64,000 bases of DNA from Candidatus Eremiobacteria bacterium (GTDB taxonomy: Bacteria; Vulcanimicrobiota; Vulcanimicrobiia; Vulcanimicrobiales; Vulcanimicrobiaceae): NCBI GenBank assembly GCA_963737065.1, contig CAVTRC010000001.1, positions 896,001-960,000 of the forward strand, read 5' to 3'. Below the pieces are notes generated by a model. The model was given only the letters and a program-made list of their open reading frames with translations. It was not told where the DNA came from and made no database searches. A program made the translations under genes and the position numbers. Shown in pieces: positions 30,245 through 40,082 of the stretch (its first letter is position 1; the number at the start of each line of letters is the position of its first letter).

Positions 30245-30712
30245 CTACGGGGCGGACGTGGGTGTCGTACCAGGCGATGGCTCCGGGCTAGCGCTCGCTT
30301 GTGGAACGGGTGAAAACGGCGGAGGCGTAAGCGTCGGCTTCGGCGAGCCGTTTGGCGGAAACGTCTGGTCCCAAATTGGGATCTTCGGATTGGGCGTCCA
30401 CTTCGGCGTCTTGCGCGGGCCCGGCGTCGGCGTGGGTTCCAGCGTCGGCAACGGCTTCGGCGGGATGCGCGGGTCGGGGAAGCTCGGATCGCCGGCAGCG
30501 GTGATCGTCTGCTCGCGTTTCCAATCAGGGCCGTAGGTTACCGGCGTCTCGGCGGGGACCGGCGTTATGACCGGTGTCGTGTCGAGCGTGCCCGAATTCG
30601 TCGCTTGAACGAGGACGTGCGTACCCATTCGTTGGCCGATGTAGATCGCGGCAAGAAGAACGACGACACCAATGCCGAGAACGACCGTGACAAAACGTTT
30701 AGATGGATCCAT
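30245..30712 (-). CDS. Membrane-anchored Pro/Thr-rich hypothetical protein
   Basis: Single N-terminal TM helix followed by a Pro/Thr-rich tail. Confidence 0.6.
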   Translation of the reverse strand: MDPSKRFVTVVLGIGVVVLLAAIYIGQRMGTHVLVQATNSGTLDTTPVITPVPAETPVTYGPDWKREQTITAAGDPSFPDPRIPPKPLPTLEPTPTPGPRKTPKWTPNPKIPIWDQTFPPNGSPKPTLTPPPFSPVPQASASPEPSPGTTPTSAP

Positions 30713-30879
30713 CGAAGGGCGCTAACATTCGGCGCGAGCGGCGTGCGGACTCCTTTGCCGTGAAGCCGCCGGTCGACGTACCCGTCGAGAGTTCGAATCC
30801 CGCTAACGTGCTGACGCGCGGAACCATCTCAAGGTGCCAATGAAGTGACCGCGCCAGCATGCCGGTGCGCGGATCGCGG
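30699..30879 (-). pseudogene. Remnant of a galactose-1-phosphate uridylyltransferase (GalT/HIT-like) C-terminus
   Basis: Translates LHWHLEMVPRVSTLAGFELSTG...KESARR, matching the HWHxEIxPR...AGFExxxG...PEEAA C-terminal GalT pattern; the rest of the gene is absent. Confidence 0.6.
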
Positions 30880-33330
30880 TTAAACGCGGGCCGGGCGCGC
30901 GGGAACCACATCGAGACGCGTCGCGCGCGCTTTACGATCGGTCGGCTTGCCGATCATTTGCACCTCTCGCAATTCGCCGGCCGGCATTTCGACCCGCACC
31001 GTATGACCGCGAAACTCGACGAGCACGTTGCGGTCCCGGTCGAGCATGTTGCATACGAAGATGCGGACGGCTCCCGCTTCATCTTCGAAGGCAATCGCGC
31101 CGACGTCAACGGGCGACATCATCACTTCATCGCTGACGTCTCGCCCGGCAAAGATGCACGTGTACGGCTCTTCAGCAGAGAGCTGCGGCATGTCGCCGTA
31201 AATGACGTCGCGCTTGAAATCAATCACGTAGGTACAACGACGGCCGCCCCAGTGCACGCGGGCCGCGGCCATCCATTGCCAGTTATGCGGACGCAACGGA
31301 ACGAGATGCGGACGTCCGCTCGTGCGGTATCCGTCGAGGCCGCCAATCGTTTCGGCAACAGCCCACAAGTACTTTGCGCCGGTCCACGGTGAAAGGTACA
31401 TGCCGCGATTCGACAGCGAACCACCGTCAAACCATTCACCAAATTCGCCGGGCACGGTGTTGCGCGGACTACCGGTCTCCATCGCATCGTAGACGACATT
31501 GAGAAACCGGACGCACTCATCGACGAAACCGTTACGCGCGAGCGTGAGCGCAAACCACAACGTCAGGTCCGGCCAAATACCTCCCAGCAAACCAAAGCCA
31601 TACGACGGAAAATACCACGCGTCCGCCGTCGAAATGGTCCGCAGCCCTACCGGCGTGACGAAATCGGCCTCGAGCAGGCGCTTGAGAATCGCCTTGCGCT
31701 GTTCCGGGTTGGCAACATTGAAGAGTACCGGAAACACTTCATCGGCCGTGAAGTTGTCTTGATAGTTTTTGTTTTGATCGTAGTTGAGGACGAACGCGCC
31801 CGTGTCATCGTTGAAGAGATAAGTCATCATCGCGCCGCGCAGCGACTGCGCTTCGAACGAGTATTTTTCCCAATGCTCGGTGTCGCCGGCGACCGCGCAG
31901 AGCATTGCAGCGGCCTCGAGCGCAAATACGCCTTCCGCACAGATCTCCGTTACGGCGCCGTCGAGCGTGTAGTACGGAATGATGTTACGCCACGATGAAA
32001 TGCCGTACATATCGACGCCCTTCGCACGGCAGAACAACAGCCCCTGATCGTCGCGCTGCGTCAACATGTAGTCCGTCAAGCGGACGACGAGATCGAGCCG
32101 CTGGCGCACCCATTCCTCGTCGAGCGTGGCGTTGTAATAGTGGAGCATCGCGATCAAGTGCAGCGGTGTATCGTCGTTGATGTTTAAGTCGTACGCCGTT
32201 TTGTAGCCGCTGACGCCGCGGATGTATTCGATCATCAGCCCCGAGTCTTCGATGGCGTTATTGAACACCTCGAGGCAATCGCGGCTGAAGCGCGGCCAAA
32301 AGTAGTCGAAGCCGTGGACGAACCACGACGTATCGCGCGACACGAGAATATCGGAAGGCGGCGAATTCGTCGATCCCCAGCCGTGCGGATAATCCTTGAC
32401 GATGCGGATCATATTCGCCTTCGCCCACACGACGCCGCGGTTGATCGTCGGAAACGGCGTCATGAATCGCGCGTCGGCAAGGCGGTTTGCGTAGTAGCGC
32501 TGCGTATCGTGCAGCGTTCGTTTGTCGGCGAGAAGCCGCTCGAGAACGGGTCGGCTCTTCTCGCGTCCGTCCTTGTGATACACCACCGCAAGGCGAAGCG
32601 ATTCGCGCGCACCCGGTGCAACGGTCAAACGGTATTCAAACGCGCCGAAGATGCGCCGGCTCACGAAACGCGCAAGCTCGGGCGTTACATGGCCGAAACC
32701 GGGGACGTCCTGCGGAATCAACGTTCCGCGGCCCATATTCGCGAGCAGCACTTGCTCGCGTAACGAGAGCTCGCAGCCGATCGGCTTGCGCGATCCGCCC
32801 CACCAGCGCTCGGCTCCGGTCTCCGCGTTTTTCGAGCAAATGTACGGGCCGTCGCTCCATGCTTCGACCTCGTGTTCCGGCTCGCCGTAAAACCGTTGCC
32901 CCACAAGCATTGCCCACGGAAAAATCGAAACGTCGAGCGATGCGCGGCCGGGATTATAGAGGGTGACGTCGACGACGAAACAGACCGTGCGCTCGAACTC
33001 CGGACCGAACGGCACGTAGAATGCTTCCGTTACGTGAATGCGGTGTTCGAGCGTAAATTCCGAGATTTGGGCGTACGGAAGAAACGTGAACTCGCGCGTA
33101 ATTTGGTGGGGAAAAAGTGTTTGCTCGCCGCCGCGGACGCGATAGGCAATTTGGTGCGTACCGAAGATGATTTGATCGGTATCCGCGTCCCACAGACCCC
33201 GTACGCCGCCTTTTGCGGTCGATTGTGCGAACGTTTTGTAGTTCCCGAGCAGCAGCCCGTACGGCGTTTGCGTTTCGGGAACCACGTACGCACAATATTC
33301 ATTCCGCTGCGCGTCGTAACTTGGCCCCAT
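30880..33330 (-). CDS. (alpha/alpha)6-barrel glycoside hydrolase (amylo-alpha-1,6-glucosidase/debranching-like)
   Basis: 816 aa; SRDTSW, DDTPLHL, GLRTIS, GGIWP, EWFDG motifs. Confidence 0.75.
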   Translation of the reverse strand: MGPSYDAQRNEYCAYVVPETQTPYGLLLGNYKTFAQSTAKGGVRGLWDADTDQIIFGTHQIAYRVRGGEQTLFPHQITREFTFLPYAQISEFTLEHRIHVTEAFYVPFGPEFERTVCFVVDVTLYNPGRASLDVSIFPWAMLVGQRFYGEPEHEVEAWSDGPYICSKNAETGAERWWGGSRKPIGCELSLREQVLLANMGRGTLIPQDVPGFGHVTPELARFVSRRIFGAFEYRLTVAPGARESLRLAVVYHKDGREKSRPVLERLLADKRTLHDTQRYYANRLADARFMTPFPTINRGVVWAKANMIRIVKDYPHGWGSTNSPPSDILVSRDTSWFVHGFDYFWPRFSRDCLEVFNNAIEDSGLMIEYIRGVSGYKTAYDLNINDDTPLHLIAMLHYYNATLDEEWVRQRLDLVVRLTDYMLTQRDDQGLLFCRAKGVDMYGISSWRNIIPYYTLDGAVTEICAEGVFALEAAAMLCAVAGDTEHWEKYSFEAQSLRGAMMTYLFNDDTGAFVLNYDQNKNYQDNFTADEVFPVLFNVANPEQRKAILKRLLEADFVTPVGLRTISTADAWYFPSYGFGLLGGIWPDLTLWFALTLARNGFVDECVRFLNVVYDAMETGSPRNTVPGEFGEWFDGGSLSNRGMYLSPWTGAKYLWAVAETIGGLDGYRTSGRPHLVPLRPHNWQWMAAARVHWGGRRCTYVIDFKRDVIYGDMPQLSAEEPYTCIFAGRDVSDEVMMSPVDVGAIAFEDEAGAVRIFVCNMLDRDRNVLVEFRGHTVRVEMPAGELREVQMIGKPTDRKARATRLDVVPARPARV

Positions 33331-33450
33331 GCGCTGGCTCTACGCCTTCGGGTTCGGCGCCCCTCTTGAGCTTCGCCACTCTGCGTTGAACGCAGCAGAT
33401 AACAAGCGCCCAAGGAACGGCCCGCCGGGACCGGAAACGCGCTGCTTCGG

Positions 33451-34308
33451 ATGACTATTGCGTGCCCTGCAAAGATCAATCTCACGCTGGAAGTACTCGA
33501 CCGCCGTGCAGACGGCTACCACACGATTCGTACCGTGATGGTCCCGCTCGAGCTCGCGGACGAACTGAAGATTTACCCGTCGGCGGCGTTCACGTTCCGT
33601 TGCAGCGATCCGCACATTGAAACGCATGATAACCTTGCGGTTCGCGCCGCGCGCGCGGTCGCATCGAAGCTCGATGTCGCGCTCGAGCTCGACAAGCATA
33701 TTCCGATGCAAGCCGGACTCGGCGGTGGATCGAGCGATGCAGCGGGCGTACTGCTTGCCGCGACGCGAGGAACGTTTGGTGCAGTGGACGCAGATTGGAT
33801 CGCGGTCGCGCGCGAGCTCGGGTCGGATGTGCCGTTTTTTCTCGTCGAGTCGGGCGCGCTCGTAGAAGGCACGGGTGAACGCGTCACCGCGATCGGCGCG
33901 CTCCCGCCCTGGCACGTCTTGATCGTCAAGCCGCCGACCGGCGTTTCGACCGCGGCCGCATACGCGCAATTGGATCTAAGGCCGCGACGGTCGCGACCGC
34001 GCTCCACGTCGGTATCGCTCGAAATGGTGGCCGCAGTGCAGCGCGCCGACCTCGCACGCGTGCACGCGTTGCTTTGCAATGACTTCAGCGATGTCGTGAG
34101 CGACGCGGTGCCGGTCGTCGCGCAGGCGATCGACGCGCTCGTGCGCGCGGGCGCAACGCAGCCGCTCCTCACCGGTTCGGGCTCTGCCGCTTTCGCACTG
34201 GCCGAATCCGCGGAAGCGATTGCGTCGATCGCCGGACGTCTCGATCTTCCATTAGAATTCGTTCGCATTTCGACCGCATTACGAAGGAGCGCTACGTGGC
34301 GCGCGTAA
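33451..34308 (+). CDS. ispE: 4-diphosphocytidyl-2-C-methyl-D-erythritol kinase
   Basis: PAKINLTLEV, DGYH, KHIPMQAGLGGGSSDAA, GSDVPFF, TGSGS. Confidence 0.95.
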   Translation: MTIACPAKINLTLEVLDRRADGYHTIRTVMVPLELADELKIYPSAAFTFRCSDPHIETHDNLAVRAARAVASKLDVALELDKHIPMQAGLGGGSSDAAGVLLAATRGTFGAVDADWIAVARELGSDVPFFLVESGALVEGTGERVTAIGALPPWHVLIVKPPTGVSTAAAYAQLDLRPRRSRPRSTSVSLEMVAAVQRADLARVHALLCNDFSDVVSDAVPVVAQAIDALVRAGATQPLLTGSGSAAFALAESAEAIASIAGRLDLPLEFVRISTALRRSATWRA

Positions 34309-35057
34309 CGGCGGTCGTGCTGGCGGGAGGACCGCCGGACGATGTCGCGCGTCTCGAGCCCGGCGCGCCGAACAAGGCGTTCGTTCACGTCGCCGGCGTA
34401 ACGTTGCTCGAACGAACGCTGCGGGCGCTACGAGCAGCCGATGCGGTCGATCGCATCATCGTCGTCGCGCCGAAAACGGCCGATGGCGACTCGGTTCTCG
34501 AGCTCGCGGACGAGCGGCGCGACGACGGCGACAAAATTCGGGTCAGTTTGCGCAACGGGCTCGCCGGTCTCCCGCCCGACGACATCGTGCTCGTCACAAC
34601 ATCGGACTTGCCGGTGCTTACCGCGCGAAGCGTCGACGACTTCGTCGAGCGCGCGCATCGCCTCGATCCGGATCTCGGCTACGGCTGCCTGGAACGGTCG
34701 GTGCACGAAGCCGCATATCCCAACGTGCCGCATACCTGGGCGCGCTTGCGTGACGGAACGTTCTGCGGCGGCGGACTGATTGCAGTGAAGCCGCGCGCGA
34801 TGCCGGAACTGGAGCGATTCATCGAACGGCTCGGCGCGGCGCGCAAGAACGTCGTTCGTTTGGCGTCGCTTTTCGGCTGGGATATGCTCGCGCGCTTCGT
34901 ATTCGGCCGGCTCTCGATCGCGCAAGCCGAGCAGCGCGCGTCCGATCTGCTTTGTGCGCGCGTGCGCGCAATCATTTCACCCTACGCGGAAACCGCCGTG
35001 AACGTCGATCGCGTCGGCGACGTCGCGCTCGCCGAAAACTTGCTAGGCAACGTTTAA
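34296..35057 (+). CDS. MobA-like nucleotidyltransferase
   Basis: VVLAGG, NKAF, TSDLP, NVDR. Confidence 0.8.
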   Translation: MARVTAVVLAGGPPDDVARLEPGAPNKAFVHVAGVTLLERTLRALRAADAVDRIIVVAPKTADGDSVLELADERRDDGDKIRVSLRNGLAGLPPDDIVLVTTSDLPVLTARSVDDFVERAHRLDPDLGYGCLERSVHEAAYPNVPHTWARLRDGTFCGGGLIAVKPRAMPELERFIERLGAARKNVVRLASLFGWDMLARFVFGRLSIAQAEQRASDLLCARVRAIISPYAETAVNVDRVGDVALAENLLGNV

Positions 35058-35617
35058 GGCGTGCGCCAGCGCTTGAATAGCTCGTTCTGAATGCCGAACT
35101 GATCGAGAGCTTTACCAACCGTGTGCGCGATGATATCGTCGACGCTCTGCGGCGCGGCGTACATCGCCGGAATCGGGGGAAGAATCACCGCGCCGATTTC
35201 CGCGAGTTGCGTGAGGGTACGCAGATGCCCCAAGTGAAGCGGCGTTTCACGCACGACCAAGACAAGCTTGCGCTTCTCTTTCAGGCAGACGTCCGCCGAA
35301 CGAGTGAGAAGGTTATCGTTCAATGAATATGCAATCGAGCTCGCGCTCTTCATCGAGCACGGGATTATCAGCATTCCTTCGGTGACAAACGATCCGCTCG
35401 AGATCGCCGCAGCCAGATCGTCGTCGCGATGCACGACATCCGCCAACGCTTCGAAGCCGTCGGCCTGCATATCCATCTCGAGTTCGATCGTACGTCGAGC
35501 GGCTTCGCTGATTACGAGGTGCGTTTCGACTCCGCCGATTGCACGCAGCGCTTGGAGCGTCATGTATCCGTACGCGCTGCCGCTCGCGCCGCTAATGCCG
35601 ACGATTATGCGTCGCAT
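35054..35617 (-). CDS. ubiX: Flavin prenyltransferase UbiX
   Basis: GISGASG, ISSGS, PCSMKS, RETPL, PPIPAMY. Confidence 0.95.
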   Translation of the reverse strand: MRRIIVGISGASGSAYGYMTLQALRAIGGVETHLVISEAARRTIELEMDMQADGFEALADVVHRDDDLAAAISSGSFVTEGMLIIPCSMKSASSIAYSLNDNLLTRSADVCLKEKRKLVLVVRETPLHLGHLRTLTQLAEIGAVILPPIPAMYAAPQSVDDIIAHTVGKALDQFGIQNELFKRWRTP

Positions 35618-35691
35618 ACGGCCGCATTACACATTTTGTGCAGGGGCGCCTTGTGCCGCCCCGTACCATTGGGAAGACCAAAGCAACGATC

Positions 35692-36948
35692 GTGAACGCT
35701 AGTCTCGCTCGCGCATTTGCCGACGATCTGCACGCGTGGCAACGCACCGGAAACGATGCTGTGCTGGCGCGCGCGCTTCGTTCTCCCTGCTCGGGCGTGC
35801 CGCACGATACTGCGGCGGCGTACGCGACCGCCGCATCACGCATCGGCTCGTTGCTGGACGCGATCGCACGCTCGCGCATCGCCGTCCCCGCCGGCGAACG
35901 CGACGCGTTGATACGCTTTTCGGAACGCGTCCGCGCAATCACCGAAGAGACCGACGTTACCGCGCTCTTCGATTTGGATGTGAGGCCGGATTGCCGAAGC
36001 GAAGATGGAGATTCGGATTTCCAACTAGCTGACGCAGAGAGCGCGGATCCGCCCGGACCGGTTCGTGCGCGACAAAGTCATTTCAGCGCGTCGGCGCTCA
36101 ATGCGTATGCCGAATGCGCGCGGAAGTGGTACTACCGCTATGCGTGTGCCGCCGTGGAAGACCCCGGTTCATCAGCGTCGACGTACGGCACCGCATTTCA
36201 TGCTGCACTCGAAGATTTCCATGCCGAATTCCCTCGACCGTCGGCCGCCCTCGAACGCGAAATGCGTCAGAAGGTCGAGGGTTATGTCAACTGGGCGTTC
36301 GAGCGTTTTCGCGACGACTTCGATACAGCCGTTGAACTCGAGCTGCATAAACGGCGCGCGCAGCGCACCGCGCAACGTTACGTTGACTGGCTGATCGCGG
36401 AGTCGAAACGGGCGCCGTTTACGGTGATCGCGCGCGAAATCGCGGCGCAGCTCGATCTCGACGGGTTCGCGTTCGTCGGTTACATCGACCGCATAGACCG
36501 CGATGACGGCACAGGAAGCGTCGCGATTATCGATTATAAAACCGGATCTATTGCCACGAGCGCCGCCGAATATCGCGACAAGGTACGGCGATTCCGCGAA
36601 TTTCAGTTGCCGTTTTACTACTGGGCGCGCACGGCCGAAGGCGACCACGTTGCGCGCCTCGCGCTCGTTCCGCTCAGAGACGCGCTTCTCGACGTTGCAC
36701 CGGTCTCGCTCGAAGTCGTACCGGTCGCGTGCAGCGAAACGAACCGCACCGATGCACCGTCCGGAACGATCGCAATCGGCGACTTGGAGCTTGCGCGCGC
36801 GAAGATGATCGAGATTTGCCGGGATCTCACCTCCGGCACGATCCAGCGATTTCCGGTGACGACCGATGCATCGGCATGTACCTATTGCGCGTATGCATAT
36901 GCGTGTTCCGATAAACCGTACGACGAGCGCCAGCGGTTCGGCCGATGA
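35692..36948 (+). CDS. RecB/AddB-family PD-(D/E)XK nuclease with 4-Cys Fe-S staple
   Basis: FSASALNAYAEC, GTAFH, GYIDRID...IIDYKTG, FQLPFY, CTYCAYAYAC; start uncertain (GTG 35692). Confidence 0.85.
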   Translation: MNASLARAFADDLHAWQRTGNDAVLARALRSPCSGVPHDTAAAYATAASRIGSLLDAIARSRIAVPAGERDALIRFSERVRAITEETDVTALFDLDVRPDCRSEDGDSDFQLADAESADPPGPVRARQSHFSASALNAYAECARKWYYRYACAAVEDPGSSASTYGTAFHAALEDFHAEFPRPSAALEREMRQKVEGYVNWAFERFRDDFDTAVELELHKRRAQRTAQRYVDWLIAESKRAPFTVIAREIAAQLDLDGFAFVGYIDRIDRDDGTGSVAIIDYKTGSIATSAAEYRDKVRRFREFQLPFYYWARTAEGDHVARLALVPLRDALLDVAPVSLEVVPVACSETNRTDAPSGTIAIGDLELARAKMIEICRDLTSGTIQRFPVTTDASACTYCAYAYACSDKPYDERQRFGR

Positions 36949-39119
36949 CGGCGGCGCTCTTACTAGACGAGCAACGCGAAGCGGTCGATGCACCGTTTGG
37001 GCCGTCGCTCGCCATCACCGGCGCTCCGGGAACGGGAAAGACGTCGGCGCTTCGCGCGCGCGTCGCGCGTTTCGCCCGCGAGCATCCCGGCGAACCGTAT
37101 CTGCACGCCGAGCACCCGAACGACCTCGGCGCGCTTGCCGAACACGTCCTGCGCATCGTTGGAAATTCCGTCGCTATCATCGACGACGTCGAAGCGGAGT
37201 GGGTTTTTGCGCGCTGCGCTCAGCCGCTGTTCCACCTCGAATGGGACGAGCTCACGGCCGGTACGATCGATCCCGAAGTCCCCGGACTGCGCTCGCCGGA
37301 CCGTTTCTTAGTTGCCGCGTTCCGCCTCATTCGCAAGCTGCGCGATGCGGCGATCTCGCCGAGCGAGTTTCTCGACCGTTCCCTGCAGGGATCAACGTCG
37401 TTTTACGGCACCCCGCCGAATTTCGCACACCCCGATCTGATCTGTGCGACCAAGGACGCGTATCGCGACTCGCTCGACGTCTCGCCCGCAGAGTTGCAAC
37501 GCCAGTATCGCCGTGAAATCGACCTCGCGAAAGTGGTCGCGAAGCTGTACAAGACGTACGTCGGAGAAGTTCGAGCGTCACGCTTCATGACGCGCCGCGA
37601 CGCCATCGCAGAGGCTCTTGACGCGCTACGAGCCGACGGGCAGATTGCGGCTCGCGCGCGTTCGTTTGCGTCCGCCGCATTCATCGACGAAGCCGAAGAA
37701 TCGACCTTGGGAACACAGCTGATGCTTCGAGCGGTCTACGGTAACGATCTGCGCGGGGTTACGCTGGCCGGCGATGCGTCGTCGGCAACGAGCACGTTCA
37801 GCGGAGCGCGCCCGGATAGCGCCTTCAGCTCCGTTGCAACGAGCGTCATCCTTCGCCAACAGCACCGCAATCCGCTTGCCGTGGAACTCGCGTGCCGCCG
37901 GATCGCGCGCAATCAAGCAAAACTCGACGCGAAGGACGTCGATTGCGCCGTCGTGCTTCATCGTGCGAAATCGGAAGCGGATGAGGCGAAATATGTCGCT
38001 GATGCCGTTCGGACGCGTTTGGCGGCCGGAACACCGCCGCATGAGATCGCCGTCGTGTTCCGCTCCGTTGCGGACGTGCATGCATACGAAGAAGCGCTGC
38101 TCGACTGCAACGTCCCGGTAGCGGTCAGCGGCGACCTCAATATTTTCGCCGATCGCCGCGCGCTCGATGCGCTGGCCGTGCTATGGAACGTTTGGGATCC
38201 ATTCCGCCACGACTGGCTGATTCGTACGTTGCGCGGTCCCGTCTATGCGCTCTCCGATGCGTCGGTTGCAACGTTATGCGCCGAGCCGCCCGATGCCCAA
38301 GCCGCACTGTTCGCATTCGATGATGAGCCCGCACCAACCGCGCGTAGCGGCCGGTGGGATCCCAAGCGCGATCTTCGCTTCGGGTGGAACGTCACACGAG
38401 GCGATCAAGATGATGCCCTCAACCCAACCGCGCGTGCGCGCGTCCGTGCGTTTCGCGCCTCGCGCCAGCGATGGCTTACTGCATTGACGCAGATGCCGTT
38501 CGCCGCGTTCGTACGTGTTGTTTGGCGCGACGGTCTCGCTCGTGAGGGCGCCGCCGGTTCCGCGCGCGCGCTCGCGCAGCAATTGCTTCTTTCGCGTCTG
38601 CTTCGCCGGCTGAACGCATACGCAAACGCGCATCCCGATGCGACGCTCGGCGACGTTCTCGCCTACGCACGAGCCCGCAGCGAAAGCCTGCTCGAATCGT
38701 GTGAGGGCGACGGCGACCCGCGATACGTCAAGATGTTAAACGTCGACGCCGCCCGCGGCCGTTCGTTTGACTACGTCGTCGTGCCCGACGCGCGGGCCGG
38801 CTCGTTCCCGCGCTGGTACGTTCCCGATTCGTTTCTTTTCAGCCCGAAGATCGGCATGATTCCGAAAGAGAACGTCGGGGAAGCGCACGCAGCTCGTACG
38901 GCGAAGTTCAGCTACTACGTCTTTAAAGCAAAGGCACGCGAAGCGTACAACGACGAGGAGCGCCGAGCATTCGTGTACGCGCTTCGGCGCGCCCGGCGCG
39001 GCGTGCTGGTCAGCGCATCGGGCAAAGCGACGCGCGGAACGACCGCTCCGGAGTTTCTCGAAGAATTGCGAAACGCGCGCCTTCCCGGCGCGCTCGATGA
39101 CGTTGGAGAGAATCGATGA
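36945..39119 (+). CDS. UvrD/SF1A helicase-like protein with degenerate motifs
   Basis: Q-motif EQREAV and Walker A GAPGTGKT retained; DEAEE, GDASSATSTFSGA, VDAARGRSFD and EERRAFVYALRRAR deviate from consensus. Confidence 0.8.
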   Translation: MTAALLLDEQREAVDAPFGPSLAITGAPGTGKTSALRARVARFAREHPGEPYLHAEHPNDLGALAEHVLRIVGNSVAIIDDVEAEWVFARCAQPLFHLEWDELTAGTIDPEVPGLRSPDRFLVAAFRLIRKLRDAAISPSEFLDRSLQGSTSFYGTPPNFAHPDLICATKDAYRDSLDVSPAELQRQYRREIDLAKVVAKLYKTYVGEVRASRFMTRRDAIAEALDALRADGQIAARARSFASAAFIDEAEESTLGTQLMLRAVYGNDLRGVTLAGDASSATSTFSGARPDSAFSSVATSVILRQQHRNPLAVELACRRIARNQAKLDAKDVDCAVVLHRAKSEADEAKYVADAVRTRLAAGTPPHEIAVVFRSVADVHAYEEALLDCNVPVAVSGDLNIFADRRALDALAVLWNVWDPFRHDWLIRTLRGPVYALSDASVATLCAEPPDAQAALFAFDDEPAPTARSGRWDPKRDLRFGWNVTRGDQDDALNPTARARVRAFRASRQRWLTALTQMPFAAFVRVVWRDGLAREGAAGSARALAQQLLLSRLLRRLNAYANAHPDATLGDVLAYARARSESLLESCEGDGDPRYVKMLNVDAARGRSFDYVVVPDARAGSFPRWYVPDSFLFSPKIGMIPKENVGEAHAARTAKFSYYVFKAKAREAYNDEERRAFVYALRRARRGVLVSASGKATRGTTAPEFLEELRNARLPGALDDVGENR

Positions 39120-40075
39120 ATCTGGTCGCCCTCGACGCGCACACGTATGCGCGAGAGGTGCTGCCGCTCACGGCGGAAGTATGGGCCGGCAAACGCGATT
39201 TCGAGCGATATGTTTCGCAGAACCTCGAAATCGCGCAGAGCGGATACGGCCGGCGTCATTTCCGCACAATGGGATTGAGCGACGGACAGACGCTGCTTTC
39301 ATCGTTCAAGCGCTACGAACGCGGGATCCACATCGGCGCGCGGCGGTTACGCGCATTAGGAATCGGAGCGCTTTACACGCCGCCGGAGCTGCGTGGACGC
39401 GGCTACGCGAGCGCGATGATTGCGATGGCGATGGATCGCGCGCACGCCGACGGATACGATCTTGCATATTTATTCTCCGACATCCGGCCGCAGTTCTACG
39501 AAGAACTGGGATTCAAACAGCTCGCCTCGCGCGCCATTTCGCTGCGCGCCGATAATTTATCGAACGACCGCGTCGAAGTCGAACGTCTCGAGGAGCGTGA
39601 TTGGAGCGGCGTGCGCCGTTGCTTCGAGTTGCGCGACCGCACCCGTCCGTGGGCGTTCGTCCGCACGCCGCTCCTTTGGGAACTCATTCGCTTGCGCATC
39701 CGGCAAGGCTCCGAACACGGCGCCGGCGTTCAGACGAATCTCGTCGTACGACGCGGGCGCGCGATTGCGGCCTACGTTCTCGGCGTTCGCGCGCCGCAAC
39801 ACGACGCGTATCTGCTCGATGAGTTCGGCTTCGCCGATGCGCACGCGGCGGAACTCATCGGTCCGCTTTTGCGCAGCGCGGCGGGAGATTTACGGCGCGT
39901 CGCCGGCTGGCTTCCGCCCGAATTCGCCCGCGAGCGTCTGCCGAGAGCGTCCGTGCGGCGCCGGAACGAGGCGATCTTCATGGCCGCGGCCCTCTCACCC
40001 CTGGGCAAGAAATGGCTCAAATTCGCTTCTGCACCGTCGGCGGGCGACGGCGTTTGGAGTATGGATCATATCTAG
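39116..40075 (+). CDS. GNAT N-acetyltransferase (Eis-like)
   Basis: GIGALYTPPELRGRGYA, FYEELGF; ATGA overlap with the upstream gene. Confidence 0.85.
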   Translation: MNLVALDAHTYAREVLPLTAEVWAGKRDFERYVSQNLEIAQSGYGRRHFRTMGLSDGQTLLSSFKRYERGIHIGARRLRALGIGALYTPPELRGRGYASAMIAMAMDRAHADGYDLAYLFSDIRPQFYEELGFKQLASRAISLRADNLSNDRVEVERLEERDWSGVRRCFELRDRTRPWAFVRTPLLWELIRLRIRQGSEHGAGVQTNLVVRRGRAIAAYVLGVRAPQHDAYLLDEFGFADAHAAELIGPLLRSAAGDLRRVAGWLPPEFARERLPRASVRRRNEAIFMAAALSPLGKKWLKFASAPSAGDGVWSMDHI

Positions 40076-40082
40076 CACGTTC

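Noticed and set aside
35692..36948. Cas4 / CRISPR adaptation gene
   Set aside because: It shares the Fe-S RecB fold, but there is no cas1/cas2 or array; size and context fit an AddB-like nuclease
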